7,018 nucleotides of DNA, taken from NCBI RefSeq assembly GCF_006345805.1, contig NW_021829136.1, positions 1 through 7,018 of the forward strand. Reading direction: 5' to 3'. Under the pieces are notes generated by a model. It searched no databases and was not told where the DNA came from. It saw nothing but the letters and a program-made list of their open reading frames with translations. Both the position numbers and the translations under genes were made by a program. The stretch comes from Octopus sinensis (taxonomy: Eukaryota). Every line of letters starts with the position of its first letter. The first letter of the stretch is position 1. Below are positions 6,495 to 7,018 of this stretch, piece by piece.

Positions 6495-6897
6495 ATTCCT
6501 GTACCTTGTGAGTAACTTCCAATAGTAATTAAGTTCCAATAGTATTTTTTTTATATATATATATACACATGCTGATATATGACCTATGTTGGACTCCTCA
6601 TTTGCATGAGTCCTGATTGGAAGAAGAAGAAGACTACTACAGCATATACTTGATCACGAAAATACAAATTTCACAACTTGCAGAGTAAACACAGCAATGT
6701 CACTCAGCCCACCACTGCCTCATGAAGGTCAATGTAAGCTCTCACTGCACATGCAACCATGTGCTGCCATCTGTTGGCATGCAACAGAACTAGCAGGGAA
6801 CTTTTTAATACCACCTATTATTACAACCCCACTAAGTTGAAGTGGAGTGGGGGGGGGAGGCAGTGATTTTTCAATATTTTTCTTCGTCTTGTTTTAT

Positions 6898-7018
6898 GGC
6901 GACCCCACTGGTGCTGGTGTCACGAAAAAGGCACCCGTTGCACTCTGTGAAGTGGTTGATGTTAGAAAGGGCATCAAGGTGGAGAAACCAGGCCAAAGCA
7001 GACACTGGAATTGAATGT
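6898..7018 (+). mobile_element. Family C RTE-related element fragment, opposite orientation, runs off the window
   Basis: GGTGTCACGAAAAAGGCACCC..GTGGTTGATGTTAGAAAGGGCATC..AGAAACCAGGCCAAAGCAGAC matches the reverse complement of 2330-2420 and 165-283. Confidence 0.75.

Overview
This is a repeat-saturated, AT- and microsatellite-rich eukaryotic intergenic or intronic window with no credible protein-coding gene. The long listed ORFs are translations of (CAC)n, (TA)n and (CA)n tracts, and the shorter ones fall in repeats or match nothing I recognise. The SINE families match, from recall only, high-copy repeats of Octopus (coleoid cephalopod). The left half (about 905-3685) is an old, locally duplicated array of a ~115-bp repeat that has taken several nested insertions. 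These are a non-autonomous Helitron (1076-1441), a tRNA-derived SINE with a 10-bp TSD (2063-2608) split by an RTE-related element (2231-2548), and a TTAA-inserted piggyBac-like MITE (2823-3532) split by a full-length tRNA/CORE-type SINE (3046-3520). The MITE's empty site is visible in a paralogous copy at 1714-1717. The right half has a second, inverted, doubly deleted SINE copy (4864-5211), a 166-bp-arm foldback element (5325-5700) and a degenerate tRNA-Thr(TGT)-like gene inside a 312-bp 1.2-mer repeat. It also has a degenerate minimal type I hammerhead ribozyme motif of the Penelope-like kind on the minus strand (6286-6333). I found no new protein-based system. The most interesting signals are RNA-structural (hammerhead, long dsRNA hairpins) and the reconstructable transposon stratigraphy.
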